Of a stretch of 64,000 bases of DNA, positions 28,837 through 39,099 are shown piece by piece. Position 1 is the stretch's first letter, and the number at the start of each line of letters is the position of its first letter. Source of the stretch: Minisyncoccota bacterium (lineage in GTDB: Bacteria > Patescibacteriota > Minisyncoccia > Phycocordibacterales > DATDWN01); NCBI GenBank assembly GCA_041674105.1, contig JBAYWK010000002.1, positions 79,411-143,410 on the forward strand, written 5' to 3'. The position numbers were made by a program, and so were the translations under genes. The notes beneath the pieces were generated by a model. It saw nothing but the letters and a program-made list of their open reading frames with translations, did no database searches and had not been told where the DNA came from.

Positions 28837-29673
28837 TTAGCTCTCTGTAAAGATACGGAACTCTTCCATCAACTTTTTAGTAATTTCACCTATTTTGCCA
28901 GTCCCAATTTGTTTATCTCCTACAAAAACAATTGGCACAATATCCTTAAAACTTGAGGTTAGAAAACATTCGTCAGCTTCATAAAGTTCGACCAAAGTGA
29001 CTTCCCTATTTTCAATTTTTAAACCAATCCTGTGTGCTAAATCTATAGCAACTTTCCTTGTAATACCTTTTAGTATATTTTCTTCTGGTGTAGCCAAAAC
29101 ACCATCTTTCACAATAAAAATATTGCTAGTAGAAAACTCTAGTACAAAACCATTTTTAAAATAAAGAGTTTCTAAAAAATTATTCTGTTTTATTTTATTA
29201 TAGATTTTACTATAGGCTCTTACAGCTGTTATATAATTGGTTGTTTTATATTCTGGGTACTGTCTCAGATTTTCTAAAATATCGACTCTGGCTCCCTCTG
29301 TATAATTTCTTTCTTCTATAGGCTTCCATTCTTCAACTAATATATAAAATGTCGGTTTTTGCCTGTCGTATAAAATCCCTTCCATAGCTTCTCCTCCGGT
29401 TAAGATAAACTTTATATTGGCTCTTTTAAAACCATTTTTATTTATGAGTTCGTAACACACTTTTTGGATCTCTGCATCGCTTATAGGAATCTCTATGTCT
29501 AAAAAATCGGCAGTTCTTCTAAATCTTTCCAGATGCTCTTGCCACATAAAAATATTTGAGCCAAAAGAAGTCATGGCCTCATAGACACCAAAACCTCGCA
29601 TCATTCCTATATCAAAAATGCTGACTTTGGCGTCGCTGACCTTTAAGATTCGTCCATTCAAATAGCAATACAT
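28837..29673 (-). CDS. class IV (branched-chain/D-amino acid) aminotransferase
   Basis: 278 aa fold-type IV PLP enzyme pattern (…FGVYEAM…, …GITRK… region). Confidence 0.7.
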   Translation of the reverse strand: MYCYLNGRILKVSDAKVSIFDIGMMRGFGVYEAMTSFGSNIFMWQEHLERFRRTADFLDIEIPISDAEIQKVCYELINKNGFKRANIKFILTGGEAMEGILYDRQKPTFYILVEEWKPIEERNYTEGARVDILENLRQYPEYKTTNYITAVRAYSKIYNKIKQNNFLETLYFKNGFVLEFSTSNIFIVKDGVLATPEENILKGITRKVAIDLAHRIGLKIENREVTLVELYEADECFLTSSFKDIVPIVFVGDKQIGTGKIGEITKKLMEEFRIFTES

Positions 29674-29735
29674 CTTTACATATTATCACCAGTTCAAATA
29701 AAAGAAAAAGGATCCCAGGCATAAGCCCAGAATCC

Positions 29736-30002
29736 TCATATAAAATCCTCTTCACGAGGAGGAACCACTTCCACAAGCTCTCCTGGCGCCACAAACCCAA
29801 GTGTGCCCCGGTTTATACCAAGATTTACAAAATTAACCTTGTAATAATCATTTGCACCCAAAACAATTACAGATCCTCTACACAAGAACTCGCTAATCTT
29901 CATACAAACGAGAACCCCATATCTAAACTTGGCTCCCATAGGAACCTCTACAAATGGCACCCTGGTCTCTTTTTGAGAACGAGAAAAAGGAATTATAGAC
30001 AT
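29736..30002 (-). CDS. hypothetical protein
   Basis: 88-aa ORF, no recognisable family. Confidence 0.3.
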   Translation of the reverse strand: MSIIPFSRSQKETRVPFVEVPMGAKFRYGVLVCMKISEFLCRGSVIVLGANDYYKVNFVNLGINRGTLGFVAPGELVEVVPPREEDFI

Positions 30003-30068
30003 AAAGAACCTCCTTTTAGTAATTTAATTAAAAATGCATAACAAGTCAAATGGAAAACCTCGCAATGT

Positions 30069-30410
30069 CTAAGCATCACGAGGTTTTATAAAATATTTCA
30101 AATAGGGCACAACACCTACTGTAAAAAGAACAATCGTACAGACTAACGGAAAAAGTCTTTGTTCCACTGACCAATTAGCTCCTCCAACAACCGACATGAA
30201 AGCAGCTAAACTATTCAGAAAATAAAGAAGTTTTGGCATGAGTTTTGGATATAGCCAAGCATCTTTAATCTGTGGGATAAATGCTAATCCCACTCCCAGA
30301 CTAAATATAATAGTTGCTAATCCTGGTAAAAGATACCAAACACCCAAGCAAGCACATACTACACAAAAAAAGAATGTCTCAGTCTTTCCCCACCATGCAG
30401 ATCTCTTCAC
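30069..30410 (-). CDS. hypothetical integral membrane protein
   Basis: 113 aa, 3-4 predicted TM helices. Confidence 0.4.
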   Translation of the reverse strand: MKRSAWWGKTETFFFCVVCACLGVWYLLPGLATIIFSLGVGLAFIPQIKDAWLYPKLMPKLLYFLNSLAAFMSVVGGANWSVEQRLFPLVCTIVLFTVGVVPYLKYFIKPRDA

Positions 30411-30705
30411 TTTTATAATAGACCCAACTACTAATGCACACCCGACTGAATAAGATGCCGGAAGGTACCAATTACCATCACTTTCTTCTGAGTACAGAGA
30501 AGTTATACAGGATTACGCCACAAAATGTGGTGGAACAATGGTTAACAACTCGAAGATTAAACAAACTCTGCTTAACTACGCCCTACTTAGATACATGGGA
30601 AATGCAGGGCAAAACATAAGATGGGATAATCCAGTTCCAAAAACAAATTAATTAAAAAATTTGACCAATAAAACAAAAACCCCCTTAAGAAGGGGGTTTT
30701 CTTTT

Positions 30706-30723
30706 TGTGCGCCGGGAAGGATT
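30706..30723 (-). repeat. displaced direct copy of tRNA-Tyr 3' end
   Basis: TGTGCGCCGGGAAGGATT identical to 30888-30905. Confidence 0.85.
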
Positions 30724-30887
30724 ATTCCGCGAGTAAAATTTTGCCGTCGCAAAATTTTCTCGTGTCCGCAGCTCGCGACCCAGTCTGCTGACTGGGTACC
30801 CCGCTCCGCTTTTCGAATCCTTACGTAAACCTCTCCCAGAGGTTTACTCCCAGCGCAAAAGCAAAAATCCTCTTACGAGGATTTTTC
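30724..30887 (-). repeat. tRNA-trailing structured mini-element (family A) downstream of tRNA-Tyr
   Basis: reverse complement reads GGATTCGAAAAGCGGAGCGGGGTACCCAGTC-TGCTGA-GACTGGGTCGCGAGCTGCGGACACGAG...AAAATTTTG-CGACGG-CAAAATTTT, co-linear with 38713-38874 and 62099-62264. Confidence 0.7.
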
Positions 30888-30889
30888 TG

Positions 30890-30972
30890 TGCGCCGGGAA
30901 GGATTCGAACCTTCGTAGGCCGAAGCCGACAGATTTACAGTCTGTTGTAATTGACCACTCTACCACCGACGC
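30890..30972 (-). tRNA. tRNA-Tyr (anticodon GTA)
   Basis: GCGTCGG acceptor, anticodon loop CTGTAAA, long variable arm CGGCTTCGGCC, T-arm GAAGGTTCGAATCCTTC. Confidence 0.8.
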
Positions 30973-30979
30973 AATAATA

Positions 30980-31219
30980 TTATTCTAAAAGTTTTTTGAA
31001 AGCATTGCCACCTTTATAACTTTTAATTTTTTTCTCCCTAATAAAAGCCTCTTTACTATTTGAGTATTCTTCAAAGTAAACTAGTTCCAATGGAAATCTT
31101 AGCTTAGTTGAAAAATTATACCCTAAATTATGTTCTTTTATTCTGCGTTCTAAATTGTTAGTACAACCGATGTAATATTTATTATCTACCAAGCTTTTAA
31201 GTATATAAACATACCACAT
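30980..31219 (-). CDS. small stand-alone GIY-YIG nuclease domain protein
   Basis: 79 aa MWYVYILKSLVDNKYYIGCTNNLERRIKEHN: GIY...YIG motif followed by R and EHN. Confidence 0.7.
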   Translation of the reverse strand: MWYVYILKSLVDNKYYIGCTNNLERRIKEHNLGYNFSTKLRFPLELVYFEEYSNSKEAFIREKKIKSYKGGNAFKKLLE

Positions 31220-31248
31220 ATATTGTAATTGACTTCACCCCGCCTCGG

Positions 31249-31265
31249 CGGGGCAAGCTCTACCA
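31249..31265 (-). repeat. displaced copy of tRNA-Tyr 5' end (followed on minus strand by GC hairpin CCCCGCCGAGGCGGGG)
   Basis: minus strand GCGTCGGTGGTAGAGC equals tRNA-Tyr positions 1-15. Confidence 0.75.
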
Positions 31266-31325
31266 CCGACGCATTAAAAATAATATAGCACATTTTTCAA
31301 TATACCACATTATTTTTGGACTATC

Positions 31326-34001
31326 CTATGCTAACACACTCTTCTCCACAAAACTATCTCTTGCAAAAGATCCTTTTTTACCTTTCTTGATGTCAAAAAC
31401 ATACTCGTTATTCTTTATATCAACATCTATTGTTCCCCCTTTCATTATTTTCTTACCTATTATAAGTCCAGCCACTGGATTTAATATTTTAGTCTGAATC
31501 AATCTCTTCAAAGGTCTAGCGCCATATTGTGAGCTATACCCTTCTTTTGCTAAGTGTTTGTAAACCCCCTCAGATAATAGAATGCTTATTTCTTTTTGTT
31601 TCAATCTTTCTGTAATTATTTTTACTTGAAGTTTTACAATCTCCTCTATAGCCTCTTTGCTCAAAATATCAAACACCACTATTTCATCTAAACGGTTTAG
31701 AAACTCTGGTCTAAAGTAATCTTTCAAAGCAGTCATAACTTTTGTTTTAGCTTCCTCATAGCTAGCTTTCTCTGTTTTATCGTAAGCAAAACCGATCTTT
31801 TCCATTTTATCTATATATTGAGAACCAATATTTGAAGTCAAGATAATTACAGAGTTTCTAAAATTTACCACTCTACCTTTGGCGTCTGTTAGTTTTCCAT
31901 TGTCCAAAACCTGCAAAAGAATATTGAAAACTTCAGGATGAGCTTTCTCTATTTCATCAAACAAAATAACAGAATAAGGTCTATGACGAATCTGTTCCGT
32001 AATACTTCCACCTTCCTCGTGACCAACATAGCCCGGAGGAGCTCCTATAAGCTTTGAAATGCTGTGTTTTTCCATAAACTCAGACATATCTACCCTTATC
32101 AAAGCATTATCATCATTAAACATAAATTCAGCCAAAGCTTTTGTGAGCTCTGTTTTACCAACACCTGTAGGACCCAGGAAGAGAAAAGATCCTATTGGTC
32201 TATTTGGATCAGAGATTCCAGCCCTAGATCTTTTTATTGTTTCAGCAATTTTGTTGACTGCTTCATTTTGTCCGACAATCCTACCCTTCAAGACTTCTTC
32301 CATTCTATTTAATTTTTCAGCTTCTTCCTCTAACATTCTATAAACAGGAATACCTGTCCATTTTGAAACAATAGAAGCAATATCATTTTCTGTTATTTCT
32401 TCCTTCAAAATTCTACGAGAACTTTGAAGTTTTTTCAGTCTCTTTGATTTTGTATCCAACTCCTTTTCCAAAGCTGGAATTTTTCCATACCTAATTTCAG
32501 CAGCTTTAGACAAATCCGCTTTAGCTTCAGCTGTTTCAGCTTCTCTGCGAATTTCTTCCAGTTCCTTTTTTATAGACTTTATATCTGTGACAGTTTCTTT
32601 TTCATTTTTCCATTTAAGCTCTAGCTCACTTGTTTCCTCTTTTAGATCAGCAATCTTTTTTTCTATTTCTTTTGTTCTATTTTTTGATTTTGCATCTGAC
32701 TCTTTTTTTAAAGCTTCTTTTTCAATCTCCAACTTTACAATTTTAGAACGAGCATCTTCCAAGATAGGAGGCATATTTTCCAAAGCAATTTTTAAATATG
32801 AAGCTGACTCGTCCATTAGGTCAACTGCTTTGTCTGGTAAAAATCTATCAGTAATATATCTACTGCTTAAGTTTACAGCAGCAATAATAGCTTCATCTGT
32901 AATACGAACTCCATGATAAAGCTCGTATTTTTCTTTAAGTCCTCTTAAAATAGTTATTGCATCTTCTACACTAGGCTCATTTACAGATACAGGTTGAAAT
33001 CTACGAGTTAAAGCCGGATCTTTTTCTATATATTTTTGATATTCTTTTAGAGTCGTTGCACCAATAGCTCTAAGTTCTCCTCTAGCTAAAGCTGGTTTAA
33101 GCATATTTGAAGCGTCCATTGAGCCTTCGGCTGAACCTGCGCCAACAATAGTGTGAATTTCGTCTATAAAAAGAACAATCTTACCGTCAGACTTCTCTAT
33201 TTCTTTTAAAATGTTCTTCAATCTTTCTTCAAACTCACCTCTATATTTTGTTCCGGCAATCAAAAGACCTAGATCAAGAGAAATAAGTTCTTTGTCTTTC
33301 AAAGATTCTGGTACATCTCCCATAGACATTTTTATAGCCAAACCTTCTACTATAGCTGTTTTACCGACACCAGCTTCGCCAATAAGAATAGGATTGTTTT
33401 TTGTACGACGAGAAAGTATTTGTACTATACGAGATATTTCTGTATCTCTACCAATAACAGGATCAAGTTTATTTTGTAAGGCAAGTTTTGTTAAATTTCT
33501 AGTATACTTTGAAAGAGTTTTGAATTTTTTTGGAGTGTCTTTCAAAGTTTCTTTTGTATTTTTAAGTTCACTTAAAACTCTTATTATATTTTCTTTATCT
33601 ATTTTAAATTTCATCAAAAGATCTCTAGCCAAAGATGGTACTGAAATAACAGACAAAAATAAGTGTTCGGTAGAAATAAAATCATCCGAAAGAGCCTCGG
33701 CTTCTTTCGCCGAATTATCCAAGGTTGCTGCCAATTCTGGAGTTAAATACATTTGATAAGACGCAGATAGAGTCTGTCCGATTTCATTTCCTTCTATGGC
33801 CTCCGACAAAGAATCTGAAAGTAAGACAGTATCAACTTCCAATCTGTCCAATATAGAGGTGACTATACTATCTTCTTGCAACACTAAAGCTGCCAACAAG
33901 TGAAGTGGGTTTACATGATTTTGACCACGCTCAATAGCCAGTTCATGAGCTTTTCTAATAGCCTCTTTAGCTTTTGTTGTAAATTGGTTAAATGGTGGCA
34001 T
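31326..34001 (-). CDS. clpB: ATP-dependent chaperone ClpB
   Basis: 891 aa; two AAA+ modules ([15 protein letters not shown]; [15 protein letters not shown]) separated by long coiled-coil M domain. Confidence 0.9.
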   Translation of the reverse strand: MPPFNQFTTKAKEAIRKAHELAIERGQNHVNPLHLLAALVLQEDSIVTSILDRLEVDTVLLSDSLSEAIEGNEIGQTLSASYQMYLTPELAATLDNSAKEAEALSDDFISTEHLFLSVISVPSLARDLLMKFKIDKENIIRVLSELKNTKETLKDTPKKFKTLSKYTRNLTKLALQNKLDPVIGRDTEISRIVQILSRRTKNNPILIGEAGVGKTAIVEGLAIKMSMGDVPESLKDKELISLDLGLLIAGTKYRGEFEERLKNILKEIEKSDGKIVLFIDEIHTIVGAGSAEGSMDASNMLKPALARGELRAIGATTLKEYQKYIEKDPALTRRFQPVSVNEPSVEDAITILRGLKEKYELYHGVRITDEAIIAAVNLSSRYITDRFLPDKAVDLMDESASYLKIALENMPPILEDARSKIVKLEIEKEALKKESDAKSKNRTKEIEKKIADLKEETSELELKWKNEKETVTDIKSIKKELEEIRREAETAEAKADLSKAAEIRYGKIPALEKELDTKSKRLKKLQSSRRILKEEITENDIASIVSKWTGIPVYRMLEEEAEKLNRMEEVLKGRIVGQNEAVNKIAETIKRSRAGISDPNRPIGSFLFLGPTGVGKTELTKALAEFMFNDDNALIRVDMSEFMEKHSISKLIGAPPGYVGHEEGGSITEQIRHRPYSVILFDEIEKAHPEVFNILLQVLDNGKLTDAKGRVVNFRNSVIILTSNIGSQYIDKMEKIGFAYDKTEKASYEEAKTKVMTALKDYFRPEFLNRLDEIVVFDILSKEAIEEIVKLQVKIITERLKQKEISILLSEGVYKHLAKEGYSSQYGARPLKRLIQTKILNPVAGLIIGKKIMKGGTIDVDIKNNEYVFDIKKGKKGSFARDSFVEKSVLA

Positions 34002-34068
34002 ATATAATATAAATTAGTTTACATGTAAACTATATATCCAAAAACATGGAGAGTCAAATATAAATTTA

Positions 34069-34884
34069 CTATTTAGATATAGTAGATAATTCTTCTTTCA
34101 AAATGGTAACTGGCGTAAAAGCACTAGAGCTAAGACCAGAAAGTTTCATTCCTACCACTTCCCCGGAAAGATTAAAAAATGGACTGCCTACAACTAGATC
34201 TTTTGATGAAATATCATTTTCTACACCAGAAACAAATTTTACAGTAGATGTGCCTGTTCCAGATTCTTTCATTATAAATGAGGATACTCTACCTACAGCA
34301 ATAGAATTTTGGCTAGTTCCCCCTAATCCAATAAGAGTCTGTCCTAAACTTGGTTCTATAGAAGCTAGTTTAGCTGGAACAAATGTATAATTTACACCTT
34401 CAGGTACAGCAGCTTTAAATATTATGAAATTTGTATTTTTATCTAAACCAATAGGTGTCAAAACTAAATCTTGGCCATCTTCAGTGGTTATGGTGTATTT
34501 ATACTGATAAGAGATATTTTTTCTGGCAGTGGCTATCTGACCATCTTTACTTGTTATTACACCCATCCCATAGAGGGATACGACACCATTATTTAAGTCC
34601 TTTTCATTTATACGGACTACACTTTTTAGATTGTTCTGTATGGCTTCCATTATCAAATCTTCTTCTTTGACTACAACCGTTACAACTTCTTTTTCTTTTG
34701 AGATTATTGGGTCCGAAGGAATAACTGTCTCAATAGTTTTTTCTACTATCCTATTTATATTCCTAGTAACCTCAACCGGTGCCTCCTGCAAAAGAGATAC
34801 GGTTATTATTCCAGTAGCAATAGAAGTAACAAAACTAACAAGAAGGGTTAATAAGATCAGTTGGTTTTGATTGAGCTCTTTCAT
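34069..34884 (-). CDS. secreted trypsin-like (HtrA/DegP-type) domain protein, probably catalytically inactive
   Basis: N-terminal TM; C-terminal segment LVVGSPFFNLSGEVVGM aligns to GNSGGPL.N..GE.IGI but catalytic Ser replaced. Confidence 0.4.
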   Translation of the reverse strand: MKELNQNQLILLTLLVSFVTSIATGIITVSLLQEAPVEVTRNINRIVEKTIETVIPSDPIISKEKEVVTVVVKEEDLIMEAIQNNLKSVVRINEKDLNNGVVSLYGMGVITSKDGQIATARKNISYQYKYTITTEDGQDLVLTPIGLDKNTNFIIFKAAVPEGVNYTFVPAKLASIEPSLGQTLIGLGGTSQNSIAVGRVSSFIMKESGTGTSTVKFVSGVENDISSKDLVVGSPFFNLSGEVVGMKLSGLSSSAFTPVTILKEELSTISK

Positions 34885-34923
34885 ACTTAATATAATATCA
34901 CTAGTTTATAAAGCAGTAAATAT

Positions 34924-36102
34924 TTATTTTATTATTTCTTTAAGTTTTTCTACTAAATAATCCAGATCATTTTTTTTTGTTTCTCTGCCTAAAGTAATTC
35001 TAAGGCTACTAGAAGGGCATTCCTTTTTACCCAAAGCGGAAATAACATATGACGAAGAGTCTTCTTTCAAGGTTCGACAAGAAGAAGAATAGGAAACTGA
35101 AATTCCAACCACATCTAAAGCTATGACCAAAAATTCCGCATCCTGATCTTCAAAACAAATACTTATGTTATTTGGAAGCCTGTTTTTAGCAGAACCATTC
35201 AGAGATGAACCTTTGAAGGTTTTCAAAATATTTTCTATAGCATAATCTCTAATGGAAGTAAGTCTTTGTGTCTCTTTTTCTCTATGTATATTTGCTATTT
35301 CCATAGCAAAAGCCATACCCGAAATAGAAGAGACATCTTCTGTACCACTCCTTAAGCCGTTTTGTTGTCCTCCACCATAAATCACAGGCTGAAGTTTAAT
35401 TCCTTTTTTAACAAATAGAATTCCAGTATTTCTAGGTCCATACATCTTTAGACCATCTAAAGTCATCATATCTACACCAATTTTAGAAACATCTGTGGAT
35501 AAATAAAGTACTGCCTGACAAGCATCTGTATGAAAATATGGCAAAGAAGTTTTTTCTTCACTCTGCCATTTTTTTATAATTTTAGAGATCTCTTTTATTG
35601 GCTGTATTGTACCAATCTCATTGTTGGCATACATAACTGAAACCAAGATAGTTTCTTTCTTTATAGCTTTTGAAACATCCTCCGCAGAAACAAGGCCCTC
35701 ATCTGAGACTTCCAAATAAGTCACTTCACCTCCCCTCTTTTCTATCTCTCTACAAACCTCTAAAACAGAAGGGTGTTCTATGTTTGTAGTGATAATATGT
35801 GGCTTAAAGTCTTTTTTTTTAAAAGATTCAAATAAACCTAAAATAGCTAAATTGTTTGATTCGGTTCCACCGCTTGTAAAAATGATTTCATCCGGATTAC
35901 AAGATATAAGTCCTGCACAATCTCTCTTGGCAATATCTATTTCTTCTTTAGAAGCCAAAGCGTCCGAGTAAATAGCAGACGGGTTTGCAAAATATTTTCT
36001 ATTATAAGATTCCATCTTGTCTAAAACCCCTTTATCTATAGGAGTGCTAGAAGCGAAATCCAAAAAAACTTTCTTAGAGTTGTTTTTACTACTCAGAAAC
36101 AT
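34924..36102 (-). CDS. cysteine desulfurase (NifS/IscS family, class V aminotransferase)
   Basis: SGGTESNNLAI motif, PLP-lysine region DGLKMYGP, Cys-containing C-terminal loop SYSSSCRT. Confidence 0.7.
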   Translation of the reverse strand: MFLSSKNNSKKVFLDFASSTPIDKGVLDKMESYNRKYFANPSAIYSDALASKEEIDIAKRDCAGLISCNPDEIIFTSGGTESNNLAILGLFESFKKKDFKPHIITTNIEHPSVLEVCREIEKRGGEVTYLEVSDEGLVSAEDVSKAIKKETILVSVMYANNEIGTIQPIKEISKIIKKWQSEEKTSLPYFHTDACQAVLYLSTDVSKIGVDMMTLDGLKMYGPRNTGILFVKKGIKLQPVIYGGGQQNGLRSGTEDVSSISGMAFAMEIANIHREKETQRLTSIRDYAIENILKTFKGSSLNGSAKNRLPNNISICFEDQDAEFLVIALDVVGISVSYSSSCRTLKEDSSSYVISALGKKECPSSSLRITLGRETKKNDLDYLVEKLKEIIK

Positions 36103-36170
36103 AATGATTAAACATTATCACTCCACAATATTTTTTGCAAAATGCTAGTTTTTATGTATAATTCACACCA

Positions 36171-36644
36171 ATGGTCATTGATCCACTATTTATCGCATAT
36201 ATTGCTGGAGGAGTAAGCCTTTTGCTTTTTATTTGGATTATCCGTCTTGAAATGAAATTGCGAAAATTTATGTCCGGCAAATCCGCGAAATCTTTAGAGG
36301 ATACAATTATCTTAATGAAAAAAGAAATTACAGACCTAAAAAGATTTGAAGAAGAATCCATCTCTTACTTCAAAAATGTTGAAATGAGATTACATAGAAG
36401 TATCCAGGGTATAAAAACTATCAGATTTAATCCCTTCAAAGGAACTGGTGATGGTGGTAACCAAAGCTTTGCGACATCATTTATAGATGAAAGTGGTGAT
36501 GGCGTAGTCATCTCTAGTCTCCACTCAAGAGACAGGGTGAGTATTTTCTCAAAACCACTTGAAAAATTTAAAAGTAATTTTGAACTAACAGACGAAGAAA
36601 AAGAAGTTATAGAAGAATCTAAAAGAACAATCGGGTCGAAATAA
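36171..36644 (+). CDS. hypothetical membrane-anchored protein
   Basis: 157 aa, single N-terminal TM, charged coiled region. Confidence 0.4.
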   Translation: MVIDPLFIAYIAGGVSLLLFIWIIRLEMKLRKFMSGKSAKSLEDTIILMKKEITDLKRFEEESISYFKNVEMRLHRSIQGIKTIRFNPFKGTGDGGNQSFATSFIDESGDGVVISSLHSRDRVSIFSKPLEKFKSNFELTDEEKEVIEESKRTIGSK

Positions 36645-36686
36645 TATTTAGATTTACCATTATGGGATTTAAAATATCAAAAATAT

Positions 36687-38186
36687 ATGAATACACAGAC
36701 AAACAAAACAGAAAGGGCTCCGGTGATTGCTATAATGGGACATATAGACCATGGTAAATCTACCCTACTATCTTTTATAAGAAAGAACCTAAAACCTCTA
36801 GATGAAGCTGGTGGTATAACTCAACATGTATCTGCTTATGAAGTTGAGCATAAAGACGGAAGCGGAAAAATCCATCAGATAACTTTTCTAGACACACCGG
36901 GCCATGAAGCTTTCTCTGGAATAAGAACAAGAGGTGCAAAAGTAGCCGATATGGCCATACTTGTCGTCTCTGCTGAAGACGGAGTAAAACTCCAAACAAT
37001 AGAAGCCTTGAAATCTATAAAAAAAGAAGAAGTGCCTTTTATTGTGGCTATAAATAAAATAGACAAACCTGGAGCCAATGTAGATATGACAAAACAAAGT
37101 CTAGCTGAGAACCAGATATATGTTGAAGGTTATGGAGGAGATATTCCTGTAGTCTTAATATCAGCAAAAACAGGACAAGGCATTCCAGATCTTTTGGATA
37201 TGATAATTTTAGTTTCTGAATTAGAAGAACTTTCTGGTGATAGAAGTCTAAATGCCAGTGGCGTAATTATTGAAAGCAACCGAGATATCAAAAAAGGGAT
37301 ATCTTCTACCTGTATAATAAAAAATGGAACATTAAAAAAGGGGATGTTTGTGGCTTCTGGAGAAAGTATGGCTCCTCTTAGGATAATAGAAGATTATCTA
37401 GAAAAACCTATAGATGAAGCTTCTTTTTCTAAACCAATAAAAATAATTGGTTGGGATACATTGCCTGAAGTCGGAGAAGCATTTGAATCTTTTCACTCTA
37501 AAAATGAAGCTCTAGAATACGTAGAAAAAAACAAAGCGAAAAATTTAAATAATAAAAGTGAGATGAAATCCAAAACAATTGAAAATACAATACCAATTGT
37601 CTTGAAAGCTGATACCGCTGGTAGTCTAGAGGCTGTTATTTACGAGATAGAAAAACTAGGTAATGAGAGAATAATACCCGAAATAGTTTTATCTGGAGTT
37701 GGGTCTATATCTGAAAATGACATAAGAATGGTTGCTGGTAGCGAGAGAACTTTAGTTATTGGTTTCAATACCAAGACAGATGCTCCAGCCAGAACCTTGG
37801 CTGAAAGAAATAATATAGAGATTCACCATTTTACGATTATCTATAAACTAAGTGAATTTATAAAAGAAATGCTAGAAAATTTAACTCCCAAAATAAAAGA
37901 AGAAGAAGTTCAAGGAAAAACAAAAGTCTTAAAATCATTTAGCAAAATAAGAGATAAACAAATAATCGGCTGCCGAGTGGAAGACGGAATTCTCTCTGTA
38001 GGGTCTACTATAAACATATTGAGAAGAGATGAAAAGATAGGCGAAGGAAAAATCAAAGGACTTGAGTGTCAAAAAAATAAAACTAACGAAGTTTCTTCTG
38101 GAAAAGAATGTGGCGTTATGCTCGAATCTAGAGTAGAAATAGTTCCTGGAGATTATATAGAAAACTTCATAATTGTAGAAAAATAA
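36687..38186 (+). CDS. infB: translation initiation factor IF-2 (N-terminally short form)
   Basis: G-domain IMGHIDHGKSTLL, DTPGHEAF, NKID; followed by rbfA as in the conserved operon. Confidence 0.9.
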   Translation: MNTQTNKTERAPVIAIMGHIDHGKSTLLSFIRKNLKPLDEAGGITQHVSAYEVEHKDGSGKIHQITFLDTPGHEAFSGIRTRGAKVADMAILVVSAEDGVKLQTIEALKSIKKEEVPFIVAINKIDKPGANVDMTKQSLAENQIYVEGYGGDIPVVLISAKTGQGIPDLLDMIILVSELEELSGDRSLNASGVIIESNRDIKKGISSTCIIKNGTLKKGMFVASGESMAPLRIIEDYLEKPIDEASFSKPIKIIGWDTLPEVGEAFESFHSKNEALEYVEKNKAKNLNNKSEMKSKTIENTIPIVLKADTAGSLEAVIYEIEKLGNERIIPEIVLSGVGSISENDIRMVAGSERTLVIGFNTKTDAPARTLAERNNIEIHHFTIIYKLSEFIKEMLENLTPKIKEEEVQGKTKVLKSFSKIRDKQIIGCRVEDGILSVGSTINILRRDEKIGEGKIKGLECQKNKTNEVSSGKECGVMLESRVEIVPGDYIENFIIVEK

Positions 38187-38187
38187 A

Positions 38188-38508
38188 ATGTCTATTAAAA
38201 ACGAAAGGACTGTAGAAGTTATAAAAGATTTGGCTGCAAAATTTCTGACCTATGAAGGCAACAAGTCTTCCTTGATAACCGTAACCAGTTTAAATATGTC
38301 AAAAGATGGTAAAAGATGTACTATCTTTTTTACTGTATTTCCTGAAACTCTACAAAAAACAGCTTTAGAATTTGCCAAAAGAAAGAGAAGTGAATTCAAA
38401 AAATATGTGCAAAATAACTCAAAATTAGGTAGAATTCCTTTTATGGATTTTGAGATAGATATGGGTGAAAAGAATAGACAAAAAATTGACGAACTCCTGA
38501 ATGGGTAA
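38188..38508 (+). CDS. rbfA: ribosome-binding factor A
   Basis: 106 aa, KH-like RbfA pattern, position directly after infB. Confidence 0.8.
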   Translation: MSIKNERTVEVIKDLAAKFLTYEGNKSSLITVTSLNMSKDGKRCTIFFTVFPETLQKTALEFAKRKRSEFKKYVQNNSKLGRIPFMDFEIDMGEKNRQKIDELLNG

Positions 38509-38516
38509 TAAAATAA

Positions 38517-38588
38517 GGCCTGGTAGCCAAGTGGTAAGGCATTCCTCTGCAAAAGGAATATACGGCGGTTCAATTCCGCCCCAGGCCT
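38517..38588 (+). tRNA. tRNA-Cys (anticodon GCA)
   Basis: GGCCTGG acceptor, anticodon loop CTGCAAA, T-arm GGCGGTTCAATTCCGCC. Confidence 0.8.
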
Positions 38589-38620
38589 CCCAAATAATTT
38601 TATTTTTGGAAAAATAATAT

Positions 38621-38705
38621 GCCCGGATGGCGGAACTGGTATACGCGCACGACTTAAAATCGTGTCTCGCAAGGGATGTGGGTTCGATTCCCACTCCGGG
38701 CACCA
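38621..38705 (+). tRNA. tRNA-Leu (anticodon TAA), CCA encoded
   Basis: GCCCGGA acceptor, anticodon loop CTTAAAA, long variable arm, T-arm GTGGGTTCGATTCCCAC. Confidence 0.85.
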
Positions 38706-38712
38706 AAAAATC

Positions 38713-38874
38713 AAATGTTGATTTTTTGATCCCAGAGAGCAAGGCAATGTTATTGCCTTGCGTTGGGAATCGAAAAGCGGAGCGGTCTACAGTCACACCA
38801 GTGACTGTCGCGAGTTGCGGACACGAGAAAAATTTTCGACGGAAAATTTTTACTCGCGGAAGATTCCCCACCAC
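38713..38874 (+). repeat. tRNA-trailing structured mini-element (family A) between tRNA-Leu(TAA) and tRNA-Lys
   Basis: hairpins AAAAAATCAA-ATG-TTGATTTTTT, GCAAGGCAAT-GTT-ATTGCCTTGC, then GGGAATCGAAAAGCGGAGCGG, ACAGTCAC-ACCA-GTGACTGT, CGCGAGTTGCGGACACGAG, AAAATTTTC-GACG-GAAAATTTT. Confidence 0.7.
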
Positions 38875-38950
38875 GCATCCATAGCTCAGTTGGTAGAGCA
38901 ACTCCCTCTTAAGGAGATGGTCGCAGGTTCAAATCCTGCTGGGTGCACCA
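38875..38950 (+). tRNA. tRNA-Lys (anticodon CTT), CCA encoded
   Basis: GCATCCA acceptor, D-arm GCTCAGTTGGTAGAGC, anticodon loop CTCTTAA, T-arm GCAGGTTCAAATCCTGC. Confidence 0.8.
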
Positions 38951-39083
38951 CAGAAAAAAGTAATCTTATTACTTTTTGTCAGGATTTGAACAGTTTGTCG
39001 GTCTACGAACCTAGCAAGGCTTGTCAACAAACTGGTGCCTAGAAAAATTACTTGCGACGGCAAGTAATTTTTTGAGGGAAAAT
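38951..39083 (+). repeat. tRNA-trailing structured mini-element (family B) downstream of tRNA-Lys
   Basis: TTGAACAGTTTGTCGGTCTACGAACCTAGCAAGGCTTGTCAACAAACTGG and hairpin AAAATTACTTG-CGACGG-CAAGTAATTTT; co-linear with 28430-28549. Confidence 0.7.
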
Positions 39084-39099
39084 TCCTGCTGGGTGCACA
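39084..39099 (+). repeat. displaced direct copy of tRNA-Lys 3' end
   Basis: TCCTGCTGGGTGCACA vs tRNA TCCTGCTGGGTGCACC. Confidence 0.8.

Noticed and set aside
32059-33756. Plus-strand ORFs inside clpB (32059-32343, 32587-32916, 33211-33756)
   Set aside because: Antisense to clpB, serine/phenylalanine-rich junk translations.
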